Part shown: piece by piece, positions 46,359 through 56,687 of the stretch | Position numbering within the stretch: position 1 is the first letter of the stretch | Layout of the letters: every line of letters starts with the position of its first letter | NCBI GenBank assembly: GCA_017454295.1 | Contig: JAFTDF010000016.1 | Span: forward strand, 8,928 to 72,927 | Reading direction: 5' to 3' | DNA length: 64,000 bases | Source of the DNA: Bacilli bacterium | Lineage (GTDB): Bacteria > Bacillota_I > Bacilli_A > RFN20 > CAG-826 | Position numbers and translations under genes: made by a program | Notes under the pieces: generated by a model | Told to the model about the DNA's origin: nothing | Seen by the model: the letters and a program-made list of their open reading frames with translations, nothing else | Database searches by the model: none

Positions 46359-47631
46359 AGAGGTCATACACCATCGCGAAGGTGATTTTGACCTTCACAA
46401 CGTCTCCTTCCTTTAAGGGTTCCTCGCTTTTGAAGAGAATCCGCCCATCGATATCGTCGGGGGCATTCCAATAGGAACGAAGCAGGTATTCGTTAGGCTT
46501 TTTGCCTTTGCCGATGACGAGCCCTTCCATGATTTCCCCAACGTGGGTTTTGTTGTTTTCATAGGAAATGGAGCGTTGGACTTTCAATAGTTCCTCGGCC
46601 CGTTTCTTCTTGGTGGATTCGCGGCATTGATGGGGCAACTTATCGCCAAGCGTCCCTTCTTCGCGGGAATAAGGGAAGACGCCCATATGGTCGAAGCGGA
46701 TCTTTTTTAAGAAAGCGATCGTCTTGGCTTGGTCGACCTCATTCTCCCCGGGGAAGCCGGCGATCAGCGTGGTGCGTAAAATCGCATCGGGGCATTTTTG
46801 CTTGATCTTGAGGAAGAGCTCCTCGGTTTCTTTTTGGTCGCTATGGCGGCGCATGGCCTTGAGTTGCTTATTCGAGGCGCATTGGACGGGAATATCAAAA
46901 TAATGGGCGATCTGCGTGCTTTTCGCGATTAAATCGATCAGTTCATCGGGAATTTCGCTGGGATAAAGATAGAGCAAGCGGATCGAATAGAACCCAATCT
47001 CTTCCAAACCGCGAAGCAAATCGCAGATATCGGGTTTCTTCCCGGGGAAGTCCTTGCCATAGACCGTGGTGTCTTGGGAGATCAATGAGATTTCCTTGAT
47101 GCCCTTTTCCTTCAGGATTCTGGCCTCGGCGAGGATTTCCTCATAAGGACGGCTGCGGAAGCGGCCCCGAATCAAAGGGATCGCGCAGAAGGCGCAAAAA
47201 TTATCGCAACCTTCCGAGATGCGTAGATAAGCGCTGTAATCGCCGGTGGATACGACGCGGGCCAAAGGGTTCATGGGGGCGATTCCTTGTTCCCCCGTCA
47301 GTTCTTCTAACCGAGAGGCAAGTTCCTTATAGTCGCGGATCGGCACGATCAAATCGGCTTCGGGCATGGTGCCTTTGAGCTCTTCGTAATAACGCTCGGC
47401 CAAACACCCCACCACAATCAACTTGCCGGGGTATTTGCTCATCTCGAAGATGGTGTCGATGGATTCGCGCTTGGCATCGCCGATGAAGCCGCAGGTATTG
47501 ACAATGATAAAATCGGCCTGTTCGGGCGAGGCGGTGATCACGAAGCGATCCCGGGGGAACATCGCCAACATCATCTCGGAATCAACGAGGTTTTTGGCGC
47601 ATCCTAGCGAAACAAGGCCGATTTTTTTCAT
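46339..47631 (-). CDS. rimO: Ribosomal protein S12 methylthiotransferase
   Basis: SLGCAKNLVDSE, NTCGFI, CDNFCAFC and APDDIDG (TRAM) motifs. Confidence 0.96.
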   Translation of the reverse strand: MKKIGLVSLGCAKNLVDSEMMLAMFPRDRFVITASPEQADFIIVNTCGFIGDAKRESIDTIFEMSKYPGKLIVVGCLAERYYEELKGTMPEADLIVPIRDYKELASRLEELTGEQGIAPMNPLARVVSTGDYSAYLRISEGCDNFCAFCAIPLIRGRFRSRPYEEILAEARILKEKGIKEISLISQDTTVYGKDFPGKKPDICDLLRGLEEIGFYSIRLLYLYPSEIPDELIDLIAKSTQIAHYFDIPVQCASNKQLKAMRRHSDQKETEELFLKIKQKCPDAILRTTLIAGFPGENEVDQAKTIAFLKKIRFDHMGVFPYSREEGTLGDKLPHQCRESTKKKRAEELLKVQRSISYENNKTHVGEIMEGLVIGKGKKPNEYLLRSYWNAPDDIDGRILFKSEEPLKEGDVVKVKITFAMVYDLYGELSR

Positions 47632-47633
47632 GA

Positions 47634-49112
47634 TTAGAAACGTCCGGTGGCGACGATGAGGTCTTTTAAGAACGGCAGGCGTTTCTTGAAGGCTTCGAAG
47701 TCTTCGAGTTTCCACGTCCAGTTGCGATCATCGACGATACCCGGGACATTGGTGCGGGCGATGGTATCGAGTTCGAGGATATCCTGCATGGAGAGGATGG
47801 CCATGTTGGCGGGTTTGCGCATGCAATAGGTGATCATGCGGTCCACCGGAGAGCCGGTGACGATACCCATATTGGCCAAAGCGTGGAGCCAATCCCCCTG
47901 CTGCTGGGCGGGGAGAAGGTAGAAATATGAGAGCATGGTGTCATTATCGTGGGTATCCAGATAAGCCACGGAATTGACGCGGTTCCAATCGCCTTTATGG
48001 GCGAGTTCGCAATCGGTGAAGGTGAACTGGATGACGTTCATGCCGGGGAAATTGTAATGGTCGCGCAAAGTCAAGACTTCGTCACGGAGATCGCCTAAGT
48101 CCTCGGCAATAATGGAGAGGTCGGGATATTTGGCGAAAAGGGAATCAAACAGCGCATAGCCGGGGGCTTCGATCCAGGCCCCATCCACCGCGGTCGGGCA
48201 TTCGGCGGGAATCTGCCAATAGGTGTCGAAGGCGCGGAAATGGTCGAGACGGATGATGTCGTAGAGGGCGGCATTGAGGTGGATACGGTTTTCGATGAAG
48301 AAGAAATCTTCTTTCTCGAGCTTCTTCCAGTTATAGATGGGGTTGCCCCAACGTTGGCCGGTCGCGGAGAAATAATCCGGGGGTACGCCGGCGACGCAAG
48401 AGGGAAGCTTGGTCTCCTCGTCGAGGAGGAAGGAATCTTGATTCGCCCAAACGTCGACGGAGTCATAGCCGACATAGAAAGGCACGTCGCCGATGATGCG
48501 GATGCCTTTGGAAAGGGCATAGGCATGGAGTTTTTCCCATTGGGCGTAGAGAACCATTTGGATAAAGACCTCGAAGTTGGCTTCCTTTTGGTCCTTTTTG
48601 TTCAAGGCGGGACGCTTGCCGATCCAGCCTTTGACTTCGGCGGGCCATTCGTTCCAAGAAGAGGGATAACGACGCTTATTCATCATAAACACCGACCAAT
48701 CCTTCACCCAGTCATGGGCTTGGGCGAACGCAGCGAGGCGGGCTTGAGCATCTTCTTCCTCAAGGAAGGTTTCGTAGGCTTCGCGGAGATACTTCAATTT
48801 GAAGGCCTTGACTTGGTCATAACGGACCTTGGAGGCGATGAAGTCCTCGGGGACGATTTTGCCTAAGAGTCCTTCGGCGGCAAGGGCATCGAGATCGACG
48901 AATTGCTCATCGATGGCAAAAGACGAATACGGTTGATAAGGCGAATTGCCATAGCCGAGGGGGTTTAACGGCAAAATCTGCCACAGCGAAAAGCCGGCGG
49001 ATTTGATTAAATCAATAAATTCATAGGCGCTCGGTCCGAAATCGCCGATGCCGTATTTCCCGGGGAGGGAGGTCACGGAGAGAAGCAGACCTGCTTGACG
49101 TTTGTTTTCCAT
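47634..49112 (-). CDS. malQ: 4-alpha-glucanotransferase (GH77)
   Basis: WQILPL, GVPPDYFSATGQRWGNP, RLDHFR and AEDLG motifs. Confidence 0.96.
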   Translation of the reverse strand: MENKRQAGLLLSVTSLPGKYGIGDFGPSAYEFIDLIKSAGFSLWQILPLNPLGYGNSPYQPYSSFAIDEQFVDLDALAAEGLLGKIVPEDFIASKVRYDQVKAFKLKYLREAYETFLEEEDAQARLAAFAQAHDWVKDWSVFMMNKRRYPSSWNEWPAEVKGWIGKRPALNKKDQKEANFEVFIQMVLYAQWEKLHAYALSKGIRIIGDVPFYVGYDSVDVWANQDSFLLDEETKLPSCVAGVPPDYFSATGQRWGNPIYNWKKLEKEDFFFIENRIHLNAALYDIIRLDHFRAFDTYWQIPAECPTAVDGAWIEAPGYALFDSLFAKYPDLSIIAEDLGDLRDEVLTLRDHYNFPGMNVIQFTFTDCELAHKGDWNRVNSVAYLDTHDNDTMLSYFYLLPAQQQGDWLHALANMGIVTGSPVDRMITYCMRKPANMAILSMQDILELDTIARTNVPGIVDDRNWTWKLEDFEAFKKRLPFLKDLIVATGRF

Positions 49113-49145
49113 AAGGGATACCTCTATTTGTTTTATTGTAACACA

Positions 49146-50102
49146 TTAATCTAATGTGTCATTTCCAGATGATGCAAAGTGGCGCGCTTTTTTCTTCATC
49201 GCCCGCTTTTGCTTCCACGCCTCGAAGTCGAGCTTCATATGGCGATGCTCAAAGGGGTAGGCCATAATCGGGCCGGCGATGAGTGTGCCCAAAGCGATCC
49301 AAGGCAAAATCCAAATCACGGGGGTGTAATACATGGTGCCATCAACATAGAAGATCATCAAATAGGGAATGAAGATCTTTGAAGCGATGGGATCGAGCCA
49401 TTCCATGACCCCGGGTTGGGGGCCAAAGGCCATCGACTGATTGGCGGGGCCATAATGCTGATTGGCGCGATAAAGCACCCCATCGGCGCCGAGCCAATCA
49501 TGGGGAAAACTCTTTAACTTCAATAACGGGCCATAGAAGATCGCGTGGAGGGCGACCAATCCAAGCACCGCCCCAAAGGCCACCGGCAGCCATTTTAAGC
49601 GCCGATAATCCAGGGTATGGCGTTTGGAGGTGACCATCAAAACCGCGGTAATCACCAGCACGCTATGACAGAAATAGAAACGCAGCGCCTCAACTAGATA
49701 CACCGGATTGGCCCAACCCCCTTCGAGATGGTTCAACCGCATCACGCCCGTGGGGAAGAAATGGACCGCGAACCCGGAGATGAAGCCGATGTAATACATG
49801 TAATCCTTCATCGTCGGGGTGCCCCAGTTATAGATAAAAGGAGCCAGCAAGACCAAAGCGGCGCAAAGATTGGGAATGGTCGAATCCACCCACCCTTCCG
49901 GCCAAAGATTTGGATATCCCGGCAGGAATTGCTTGAGGAAATGGAGGGCAAAATTCGTCCACAGCAAGATCTCGATCGTGGCATGGGCGAAACGGGGTCC
50001 TTTCTTCTTGCAAAGGAAGTAAAGCCCCACCGTCACCGCCCCTAAAAGCGCGATGAAAAAGAAGTAATAGAAATCGTACATGTGTTCATAACGCCAATCC
50101 AT
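49146..50102 (-). CDS. Integral membrane protein (YwaF/TMEM164-like)
   Basis: Multiple TMs with PNLCA and FYFCH motifs; SD AAGGGGG. Confidence 0.6.
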   Translation of the reverse strand: MDWRYEHMYDFYYFFFIALLGAVTVGLYFLCKKKGPRFAHATIEILLWTNFALHFLKQFLPGYPNLWPEGWVDSTIPNLCAALVLLAPFIYNWGTPTMKDYMYYIGFISGFAVHFFPTGVMRLNHLEGGWANPVYLVEALRFYFCHSVLVITAVLMVTSKRHTLDYRRLKWLPVAFGAVLGLVALHAIFYGPLLKLKSFPHDWLGADGVLYRANQHYGPANQSMAFGPQPGVMEWLDPIASKIFIPYLMIFYVDGTMYYTPVIWILPWIALGTLIAGPIMAYPFEHRHMKLDFEAWKQKRAMKKKARHFASSGNDTLD

Positions 50103-50120
50103 GGACGATTCCCCCTTCGA

Positions 50121-51293
50121 TTAAGCCTCGATTTCCGAGGGTCCCTTCGGCCAGAAGGAGATTTCGTAGACGTTCTTCTCGCCATAATAAGAAGCCATCG
50201 CCTCTTTGAATTTGGCAAGATCGGCGGGATAGACATAAGCAAGGACGGACCCGGCAAAGCCGCCACCCATCATGCGCACCACGCCCTGCTTGGCGAAAGG
50301 CGTCGCCAAATCGATGGCTTGCTGGGGCGAACGGGTATATTGGCCCGGCACCATGGTGTTATGGAGGAACGTGGTCATGGAAAGCTGGGATTCGCGGAGG
50401 GCTTGTAGGAAAGTCAGCGAATCGTTTTCTTTTAAGGCCTTTACCACGGTGTGGCAGCGTTTGTTCTCATCGAAGAAATGCTGGGCGGTGAGTTTGGCGG
50501 ATTCGCTTACGGCAAGGTTGCCGGTGGAAACGGCACGCATCCACTCCTCCTCGCTGGCCTGCCCAAGGTAGGTGACACCGAGGATGTTTTCGGCCACGAG
50601 GCGCATATCCTGGGGGATCCGCGCATAAAGGGCATCGAGGCCTTCATGGGAAGAACCGGTGTTGATGAGGACGTTCTTTAAGGGGAGGTGGTACTGTAGC
50701 GGGGTGACGTCGATGCCATCTTCGGCCCCGAAATCCAACAGGTTGACCCCGCCGCAGGCAATCGCGGTTTGATCTAGTAGACCACAGGGTTTGCCAAAAT
50801 AGACATTTTCGGCATATTGGCCGATCTCGGCGATGATCTTGGGATCGATATCCCCATCGTTATAAAGCACGTCGATGATTTTGGCGATGAGGCATTCAAA
50901 GCAAGCCGAGGAAGAAAGGCCGCTGCCGGATTGGATGTCGCTCATCAAAGCCGCTTGGAAACCGCCGATGCGATAGCCGCGTTCCTTTAAACCGAAGAGG
51001 ACGCCTTTGGTTAAGGCCAAGGTCGTGCCTTTTTCGGAGGCTTTGTATTTGAGTTCGTCGACGTAGAAGGTAAACGGCTTATAGCCCACCGAGGCGATTT
51101 GGATGCAACCGTCGTCGTTTTTCTTCACCGAGGCGGTGATGCCGCGGTCAATGCAGGCGCCGACGGCCAGCCCATGGTTATGGTCGGTGTGGTTGCCCAC
51201 CACTTCGATTCTTCCGGGGGAGAAGAAGTCCCGGGTTTTGCCTTTGCCGAAGGCGGCTTGGAAGGCTTTTTTGGTTTGTTTTGGCTCGATCAT
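50121..51293 (-). CDS. galK: Galactokinase
   Basis: PGRIEVVGNHTDH, GSGLSSSA, CGLLDQ and GGGFAG motifs. Confidence 0.9.
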   Translation of the reverse strand: MIEPKQTKKAFQAAFGKGKTRDFFSPGRIEVVGNHTDHNHGLAVGACIDRGITASVKKNDDGCIQIASVGYKPFTFYVDELKYKASEKGTTLALTKGVLFGLKERGYRIGGFQAALMSDIQSGSGLSSSACFECLIAKIIDVLYNDGDIDPKIIAEIGQYAENVYFGKPCGLLDQTAIACGGVNLLDFGAEDGIDVTPLQYHLPLKNVLINTGSSHEGLDALYARIPQDMRLVAENILGVTYLGQASEEEWMRAVSTGNLAVSESAKLTAQHFFDENKRCHTVVKALKENDSLTFLQALRESQLSMTTFLHNTMVPGQYTRSPQQAIDLATPFAKQGVVRMMGGGFAGSVLAYVYPADLAKFKEAMASYYGEKNVYEISFWPKGPSEIEA

Positions 51294-51320
51294 GAAGTCA
51301 CTCCTTGTTGATGATTGAAG

Positions 51321-52301
51321 TTAGCGGGTTTCGAATAAATAAGAGGTAAGGCTCGTATAGGGCGAATCGGGAAGATAGACCGGATGGGAGACCAGGCGCG
51401 GATCGTCGCAGGTCTCGAAGGTCACCCCACCATAGCGGTGTTCGTGTTCGCCATTCATCCCTAATAGCCGCAAGGGCCCCGGATAATTATCGGTATAGAT
51501 TTGGGCCCCTTCGCGGTCGGTTTGCACCGTCAGGCGAATCGTGGGACCTTCCAAGGTGACCTTTCCTTCCTTGAGGAAGAAATAATGGTCATATCCATGG
51601 TGGATGGAATCTTGGAGCTTTTGATCGTCGATATCGCGGCCGATGGATTTGCCCGCGTTGAAGTCGAATAACGGCGTGATGGGAATCGCCTTCTTTTTGG
51701 GGATCATGTCCTTATCGTAGGCTAGGCGCGTGTCACAGGGCATCTGCAAGCGGAGATCTAAGACACTAGGCTCGCCGAGGTTCCAATAAATGTGGTTGGT
51801 GGGATTGAACAAGGCAGGGCGGACCGGCACCATCTCATAAGCGATCTCGAAGCGGTTTTCCTTCTCGTAGACGCGGTAGACGACCTTGACGTCGGCGGAG
51901 GTCCCTTCGGAAGGTTTGACCTCCACGAAGCGGGTGAAGATGATTTCGGTGAATTCGCGTCCGATTTCCACCTTCGTGTCAAACATCAATTTCCCATAAT
52001 TCAACGTCGAGGAATGCAAGGTATTGCCCCGTTCGTTGGGGACCATTCGGAACACTTCTTTGCCGATTTTATAACGGCCCTTCTTGTAGCGAAGGGCGAG
52101 CGGCCCTACCGTCTGTCCCCAATACTTGGTGGTGTCGTTGAGGAAGGCTTCTTTGGAGAAGGGGGTGGCGACCATGATGCGTTCTTGGAAATAAACGGCA
52201 TAAACCGAAGCCCCTTGGTCACAAAGGACCAAACGAAGCCCCCTGCCGTTATCGGCGGTGATGAAATTCACCCCTTTATAAGAATTTGGACGGATAATCA
52301 T
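51321..52301 (-). CDS. galM: Aldose 1-epimerase
   Basis: NERGNTLHS, NPTNHIYWNL, GYDH and QIYT motifs. Confidence 0.88.
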   Translation of the reverse strand: MIIRPNSYKGVNFITADNGRGLRLVLCDQGASVYAVYFQERIMVATPFSKEAFLNDTTKYWGQTVGPLALRYKKGRYKIGKEVFRMVPNERGNTLHSSTLNYGKLMFDTKVEIGREFTEIIFTRFVEVKPSEGTSADVKVVYRVYEKENRFEIAYEMVPVRPALFNPTNHIYWNLGEPSVLDLRLQMPCDTRLAYDKDMIPKKKAIPITPLFDFNAGKSIGRDIDDQKLQDSIHHGYDHYFFLKEGKVTLEGPTIRLTVQTDREGAQIYTDNYPGPLRLLGMNGEHEHRYGGVTFETCDDPRLVSHPVYLPDSPYTSLTSYLFETR

Positions 52302-53524
52302 CGGACCCCCCAGGTCACATCGGACCGTTTTAACAACGTTTTGAGTTCTTGTCGGCTCATGATCCGCGGCACGGGATAGAGGGGATTTCCCTCTTTTTCG
52401 GCCCGGGTGGAAAGCAAATCCAAATCCCCTTCTTGGATGAGGTGATCGAATTGGCGAGGCAAGCCCATCGCGGCATTCATTTTTTCGATATGGGCGATAA
52501 AGGAGGCGGCTTTTTCTTGGTCGTTATAATCGCTTGGCGTTAAGGCGATGGCATCGGCGAGGTGGGCCAATTTACGCCAGGCTTTCTTGCCATAGGCCTT
52601 TAAGACGATGGGCAAAAGCACCGCATTGGCATAGCCATGGGGGACGTTATAGAGTCCGCCTAAGCCATGGGCGAGGGCGTGGACATAGCCCACGTAGGCA
52701 CGGGTGAAGGCGCGCCCCGCATAGTAAGAGGCGAATAGCATTTCCCTTGCCTTATTCTCATCGCTAGGACGAGCATAGAAATCTAGAAGCGAGGCGTGGA
52801 TCATCGTCACGGCCTTCAGGGCATCGCGACGCGTGGAAAAGACGTTGCTATGGCCGATATAGGCTTCCACGGCATGGGTGAGGGCATCCATGCCGGTGGC
52901 CGCCACCACCTTGGGCGGCAATTGGCTCAGCAGATGCGGATACATCAGCACCATATCGGGTATGAGTTTGGGATCGTCGATTTGGAATTTGTCTTTGGTT
53001 TTCGCGTCGACCACCACCGCGGCAAGCGTCGCTTCCGAGCCCGTGCCTGCGGTAGAGGGAATCGCCACGAAATAGGGGATGCGGCGATGGACTTTGAGCA
53101 CCCCTTTGAATTTGGCTAGGGGTTTCTTGGGATAGACGATGGCGATGCCGGCGGCCTTGGCCAAATCGATGGTTGAGCCCCCGCCGATGGCGATAAGGCA
53201 GTCGCAGCATTTCTTTTCGTATTCATAGGCGAGCTCTAAAGCACCGTCTAAGGTCGGATTGGGCGTGACCTGATTATAGGAAGCCACCTTCATCTTGGCT
53301 TTGACCAAGGCTTCGAGGATGGGGGCGGAGAGTCCGGTTTGTTCCACCACGGGATCGATGACGACCATCGGGCGGCGGAAATGGCGCAAGGAAAGGCGTT
53401 CCACCATTTTGGCGATGCCTTTGTCCCCCTCGTAGACCGGTTTGGCTTGGAACGGCAAAAAGAACGAGGCCAGATAGAAGACCTTTTGGTAGATGCGGCA
53501 ATAGGCTTTCTTGAAGGGGTTCAT
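52298..53524 (-). CDS. Iron-containing alcohol dehydrogenase
   Basis: GGGSTID, TAGTGSE, DALTHAVE and HALAH...PHG motifs. Confidence 0.93.
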   Translation of the reverse strand: MNPFKKAYCRIYQKVFYLASFFLPFQAKPVYEGDKGIAKMVERLSLRHFRRPMVVIDPVVEQTGLSAPILEALVKAKMKVASYNQVTPNPTLDGALELAYEYEKKCCDCLIAIGGGSTIDLAKAAGIAIVYPKKPLAKFKGVLKVHRRIPYFVAIPSTAGTGSEATLAAVVVDAKTKDKFQIDDPKLIPDMVLMYPHLLSQLPPKVVAATGMDALTHAVEAYIGHSNVFSTRRDALKAVTMIHASLLDFYARPSDENKAREMLFASYYAGRAFTRAYVGYVHALAHGLGGLYNVPHGYANAVLLPIVLKAYGKKAWRKLAHLADAIALTPSDYNDQEKAASFIAHIEKMNAAMGLPRQFDHLIQEGDLDLLSTRAEKEGNPLYPVPRIMSRQELKTLLKRSDVTWGVR

Positions 53525-53533
53525 CGCTGCTCC

Positions 53534-55102
53534 TTATAGGAAAGGTCCTAAAATGCGCAAGAATTGCCAGTAATAGTAATTCTTGTTGCGCCACCGATTC
53601 CATTCATCGAGTTGCACTTGGTGGGACAAAGAAATGGTGTCGAGGTAATCCGTCTTCATGTCGGCGATCGCGGAGTTGCCCGCCATGAATGTCCCGCATT
53701 CCAAATGGAGGAAAAGGGAACGGTAGTCGAGGTTGATCGTGCCGCAGGTGGCCATGATATCGTCGCAGATGAACATCTTCTCATGGACGAAGCCCGGCGT
53801 GTATTCGTAGACCTTCACCCCGGCTTTCAGCAATTTTCCATAGAAGGAACGGCTTAAATGGAAGATGGCGTTCTTATCGGGGATATGGGGCATGATGAGG
53901 CGGACATCGACGCCGCGGAGGGCGGCTTTGCACATCGCGTTTTCCATCTCTTTATCGATGATGAGATAGGGGGTGGTCATATAGACGTAATGATTGGCCC
54001 GTTGCAACAAGGAAAGGTAGACGGTCTCCCCCACGGCTTCCTTATCGAAGGGAAGGTCCCCATAGGGCTGGATAAAGCCATCGCTTTCGGGATAGCCCCC
54101 GATTTCATCGATGAAGGTGGAGGAATCGTAATAGGATTTATCGATTTGGGCATCGCGGTCGTAGTAGATCGTCCAGTTGGCGAGGAACATCATCGTGAAA
54201 TTGGTGACGGCTTTGCCCTTAAGCATGATGGCATTGTCCTTCCAATGGCCAAAACGCACTTCTTCGTTGATGTATTCATCGGCCAAGTTGAACCCGCCGG
54301 AAAAGCAGGTATGGCCGTCGATGACGAGGATTTTGCGGTGATCACGGTTATTGAGTCGGATATCCAAGAAGGGACGAAGCGGATTGAAGCACAGGGTTTT
54401 GATGCCTTTGGACTTCAAGGTCTCATCGTAATGATGCTCCGCGGTGGCCAAAGAACCCACATCATCATAGATGAAGCGGACATCCACCCCTTCGGCGGCT
54501 TTTTGCTCGAGGATTTCCAGCATGGAATCCCACATCTTGCCGGGGGAAACGATGAAGAATTCGAGGAAGATATAATGCTTGGCCTTCTTCATTTCCTCCA
54601 AAATGGTGGGGAAGGCATCGTCGACGAGCGGATAGAATTTCAAAGACGTTTGGCTATGGGCGCCCCCACCGCTGGCTTTTTGGATATAGGCGGAAATCCC
54701 GATCGCCGATTCGCTATATTGGGCCAGTTTCGCCTGGTCGACGTCGGAAGCGGGTACTCTAAGTAAGGGACGGGAATAACGTTGGAGCATCCGCCGATTC
54801 TTCCGGCTGGTTTGCTTATTGGCGAGGAAGATATACAGCAAAAGACCGGCCGCGGGCAAAACAAAGACGACGAAGATCCAGGTGATCTTGTAGACATCCG
54901 GGGTGTCGTTATTGATGATGGTCACGGCGACGATGATATCTAAGAAAAAGATCACCCCGACCATGGCAAAGGCGACATAGGGCCCGCTGGTGGCAAAGAA
55001 ATCGGTCAAGACGATGATGCCGACGATGATGGCAATCAGCTGAATCCCAAGGATTAAGCCGATGATGAGTTTGGGCAAATAGCCTTTGCGGAAGAACTTC
55101 AT
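53534..55102 (-). CDS. cls: Cardiolipin synthase
   Basis: Two HxKxxxxD motifs (HRKILVID, HEKMFICD) and N-terminal TMs. Confidence 0.95.
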   Translation of the reverse strand: MKFFRKGYLPKLIIGLILGIQLIAIIVGIIVLTDFFATSGPYVAFAMVGVIFFLDIIVAVTIINNDTPDVYKITWIFVVFVLPAAGLLLYIFLANKQTSRKNRRMLQRYSRPLLRVPASDVDQAKLAQYSESAIGISAYIQKASGGGAHSQTSLKFYPLVDDAFPTILEEMKKAKHYIFLEFFIVSPGKMWDSMLEILEQKAAEGVDVRFIYDDVGSLATAEHHYDETLKSKGIKTLCFNPLRPFLDIRLNNRDHRKILVIDGHTCFSGGFNLADEYINEEVRFGHWKDNAIMLKGKAVTNFTMMFLANWTIYYDRDAQIDKSYYDSSTFIDEIGGYPESDGFIQPYGDLPFDKEAVGETVYLSLLQRANHYVYMTTPYLIIDKEMENAMCKAALRGVDVRLIMPHIPDKNAIFHLSRSFYGKLLKAGVKVYEYTPGFVHEKMFICDDIMATCGTINLDYRSLFLHLECGTFMAGNSAIADMKTDYLDTISLSHQVQLDEWNRWRNKNYYYWQFLRILGPFL

Positions 55103-55683
55103 AACCGGCCTCCTAAATGGAGATGGTAACGCTCCCCGAGGTAACGGAATGCCTTCCGGATACGGGTGGGCGAAGAAGGCGCTTCGATCAAGGCTTTAAA
55201 AGCGGCCAATTCTTCTTTGGGCAGTGCTTTCTTTTGCTGAGTTAGCAAATCCAGCATCTTCTCGGCCTTGTCTTGCTCTTCCTCTTCCAGGGGGATTTCC
55301 CGCGGCCGTTTCATCGCGATGGGCAGGAAATAGAAATAATGGCCAAGGAGGACCCGGCTGGCAGGATCGAGATTGGCCTTCTCAAAATCATCGTAGGAAA
55401 GCAAGACGCGATTCTCGGTCTCGTTGAAATTTAACGGCAAAGAGGCGACGAAAGGATGATGACGGTAGAAGCGTTCCTCTTCTTCGTAAACGAAAACGGG
55501 ATCCTTTTCTTCGATCAAAGGCATGATTTCGGTTAAGGGAAGGAAAGCTTCGAGTAGTTTCTCCGGTTTGGCCCCGGTGACTTGGGGTAAGGAAAATAGA
55601 CCGCTGGAATCGCGGATCACCAAAACGGATTCCTCTCGCCAGAAGATGGCCGTGACTTTGTCGATCGTTTCTTTGCGTGCCAT
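55099..55683 (-). CDS. Hypothetical protein, possibly a degenerate Nudix-fold N-terminus
   Basis: VTAIF...VLVIR...FSLP resembles the pre-Nudix strands, but no Nudix box; coupled to cls. Confidence 0.6.
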   Translation of the reverse strand: MARKETIDKVTAIFWREESVLVIRDSSGLFSLPQVTGAKPEKLLEAFLPLTEIMPLIEEKDPVFVYEEEERFYRHHPFVASLPLNFNETENRVLLSYDDFEKANLDPASRVLLGHYFYFLPIAMKRPREIPLEEEEQDKAEKMLDLLTQQKKALPKEELAAFKALIEAPSSPTRIRKAFRYLGERYHLHLGGRL

Positions 55684-55751
55684 AAAATCTTCCTTATTTT
55701 AAGGAAGTCGAAGACACTTGTATAGTCTCTCCTGAAAACAGGAGAAGAAAT

Positions 55752-56684
55752 TCACATGATTTTGGGGAAGCAGACGTCCTGATAGCGCTTTTTGCCATCA
55801 TAGGGGGTGCCGTCGTGATCGAGGCTCCGCCCCCACTTTTTTAAGGCGCTCGTGACGTCTTTTCCTAGTTTGGCTTCTTCTAAAATGGTATGAAGTTCCC
55901 CCATGTCCTTTTTGGCCAGTTCGAATAGATCGTCGATGGATTCATGATGTTCTTCCCCCGTGGCGGGATCTTTCCAGGGGGCATGGGTGAGGTTTTGGAT
56001 ATCCATCGCCGCATATTTCTTTAAGGAACGGGGCATGGATTGGGCATAGGCGGCGCTGGTTTTGCCTAGCACAAGCCCAATGAATTTCTTCTTGATGCCG
56101 GTGGGCGAATAGATGAGTTTCATCGCCGCGATATAGTCTTTCCAAGCCTCATAGAAGCTATCTTCTTGCAAGCCAAAAGAAGTGCACGCGGCCCACATTT
56201 TGGAGATTTCGCGGATGCGTTGCTCTTGGGCCAATAAGCATTTATAAGGCCGTTGATAAGTGCCTTTTCGTTGGCTTAATTCCTTATCCAAAATCGCCTC
56301 AAAAGCGCCATGGGACCATTTGTAGAAGCCATGGAGTTCCCCGTTTTCGTCGAAACCGGAGCGATAAAAGATATAGGGATGGGCCAAGCGGTCTAAGGCA
56401 TAATGCATCAAGGCCGACTCGATATAGGCGTAAAGCATTTCCTTTTCGGGATGGGCATTGGCGTAGGCGATCATCTTCCCATAGCTTTCTTCCACCGGTA
56501 CATGGTGGAGGGCGGCGCCCACGGGATTGATGGTGGCTTTGTCTTTCTTTTTCCGCCACGGCACGGTGCCATAGGCCATAAAGACATCTGGACCTTGGGT
56601 GCCAACGCGCACCACATCGGCAAAAGCCCCGGTCCCGAGCGGGGTTTCCAGGGCGAGGTTATAGTGGGTGAGGATGGCAGGCAT
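55752..56684 (-). CDS. Zinc-dependent phospholipase C family protein
   Basis: MPAILTH, GTQGPD, HYALD..AHPYI and H..FE motifs. Confidence 0.85.
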   Translation of the reverse strand: MPAILTHYNLALETPLGTGAFADVVRVGTQGPDVFMAYGTVPWRKKKDKATINPVGAALHHVPVEESYGKMIAYANAHPEKEMLYAYIESALMHYALDRLAHPYIFYRSGFDENGELHGFYKWSHGAFEAILDKELSQRKGTYQRPYKCLLAQEQRIREISKMWAACTSFGLQEDSFYEAWKDYIAAMKLIYSPTGIKKKFIGLVLGKTSAAYAQSMPRSLKKYAAMDIQNLTHAPWKDPATGEEHHESIDDLFELAKKDMGELHTILEEAKLGKDVTSALKKWGRSLDHDGTPYDGKKRYQDVCFPKIM

Positions 56685-56687
56685 GGA

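Noticed and set aside
53858-54766. 302-aa plus-strand ORF antisense to cls, and similar antisense ORFs across alaS, ftsK, pnp and infB
   Set aside because: Shadow frames of strongly biased sense genes, with no SD or recognisable motifs
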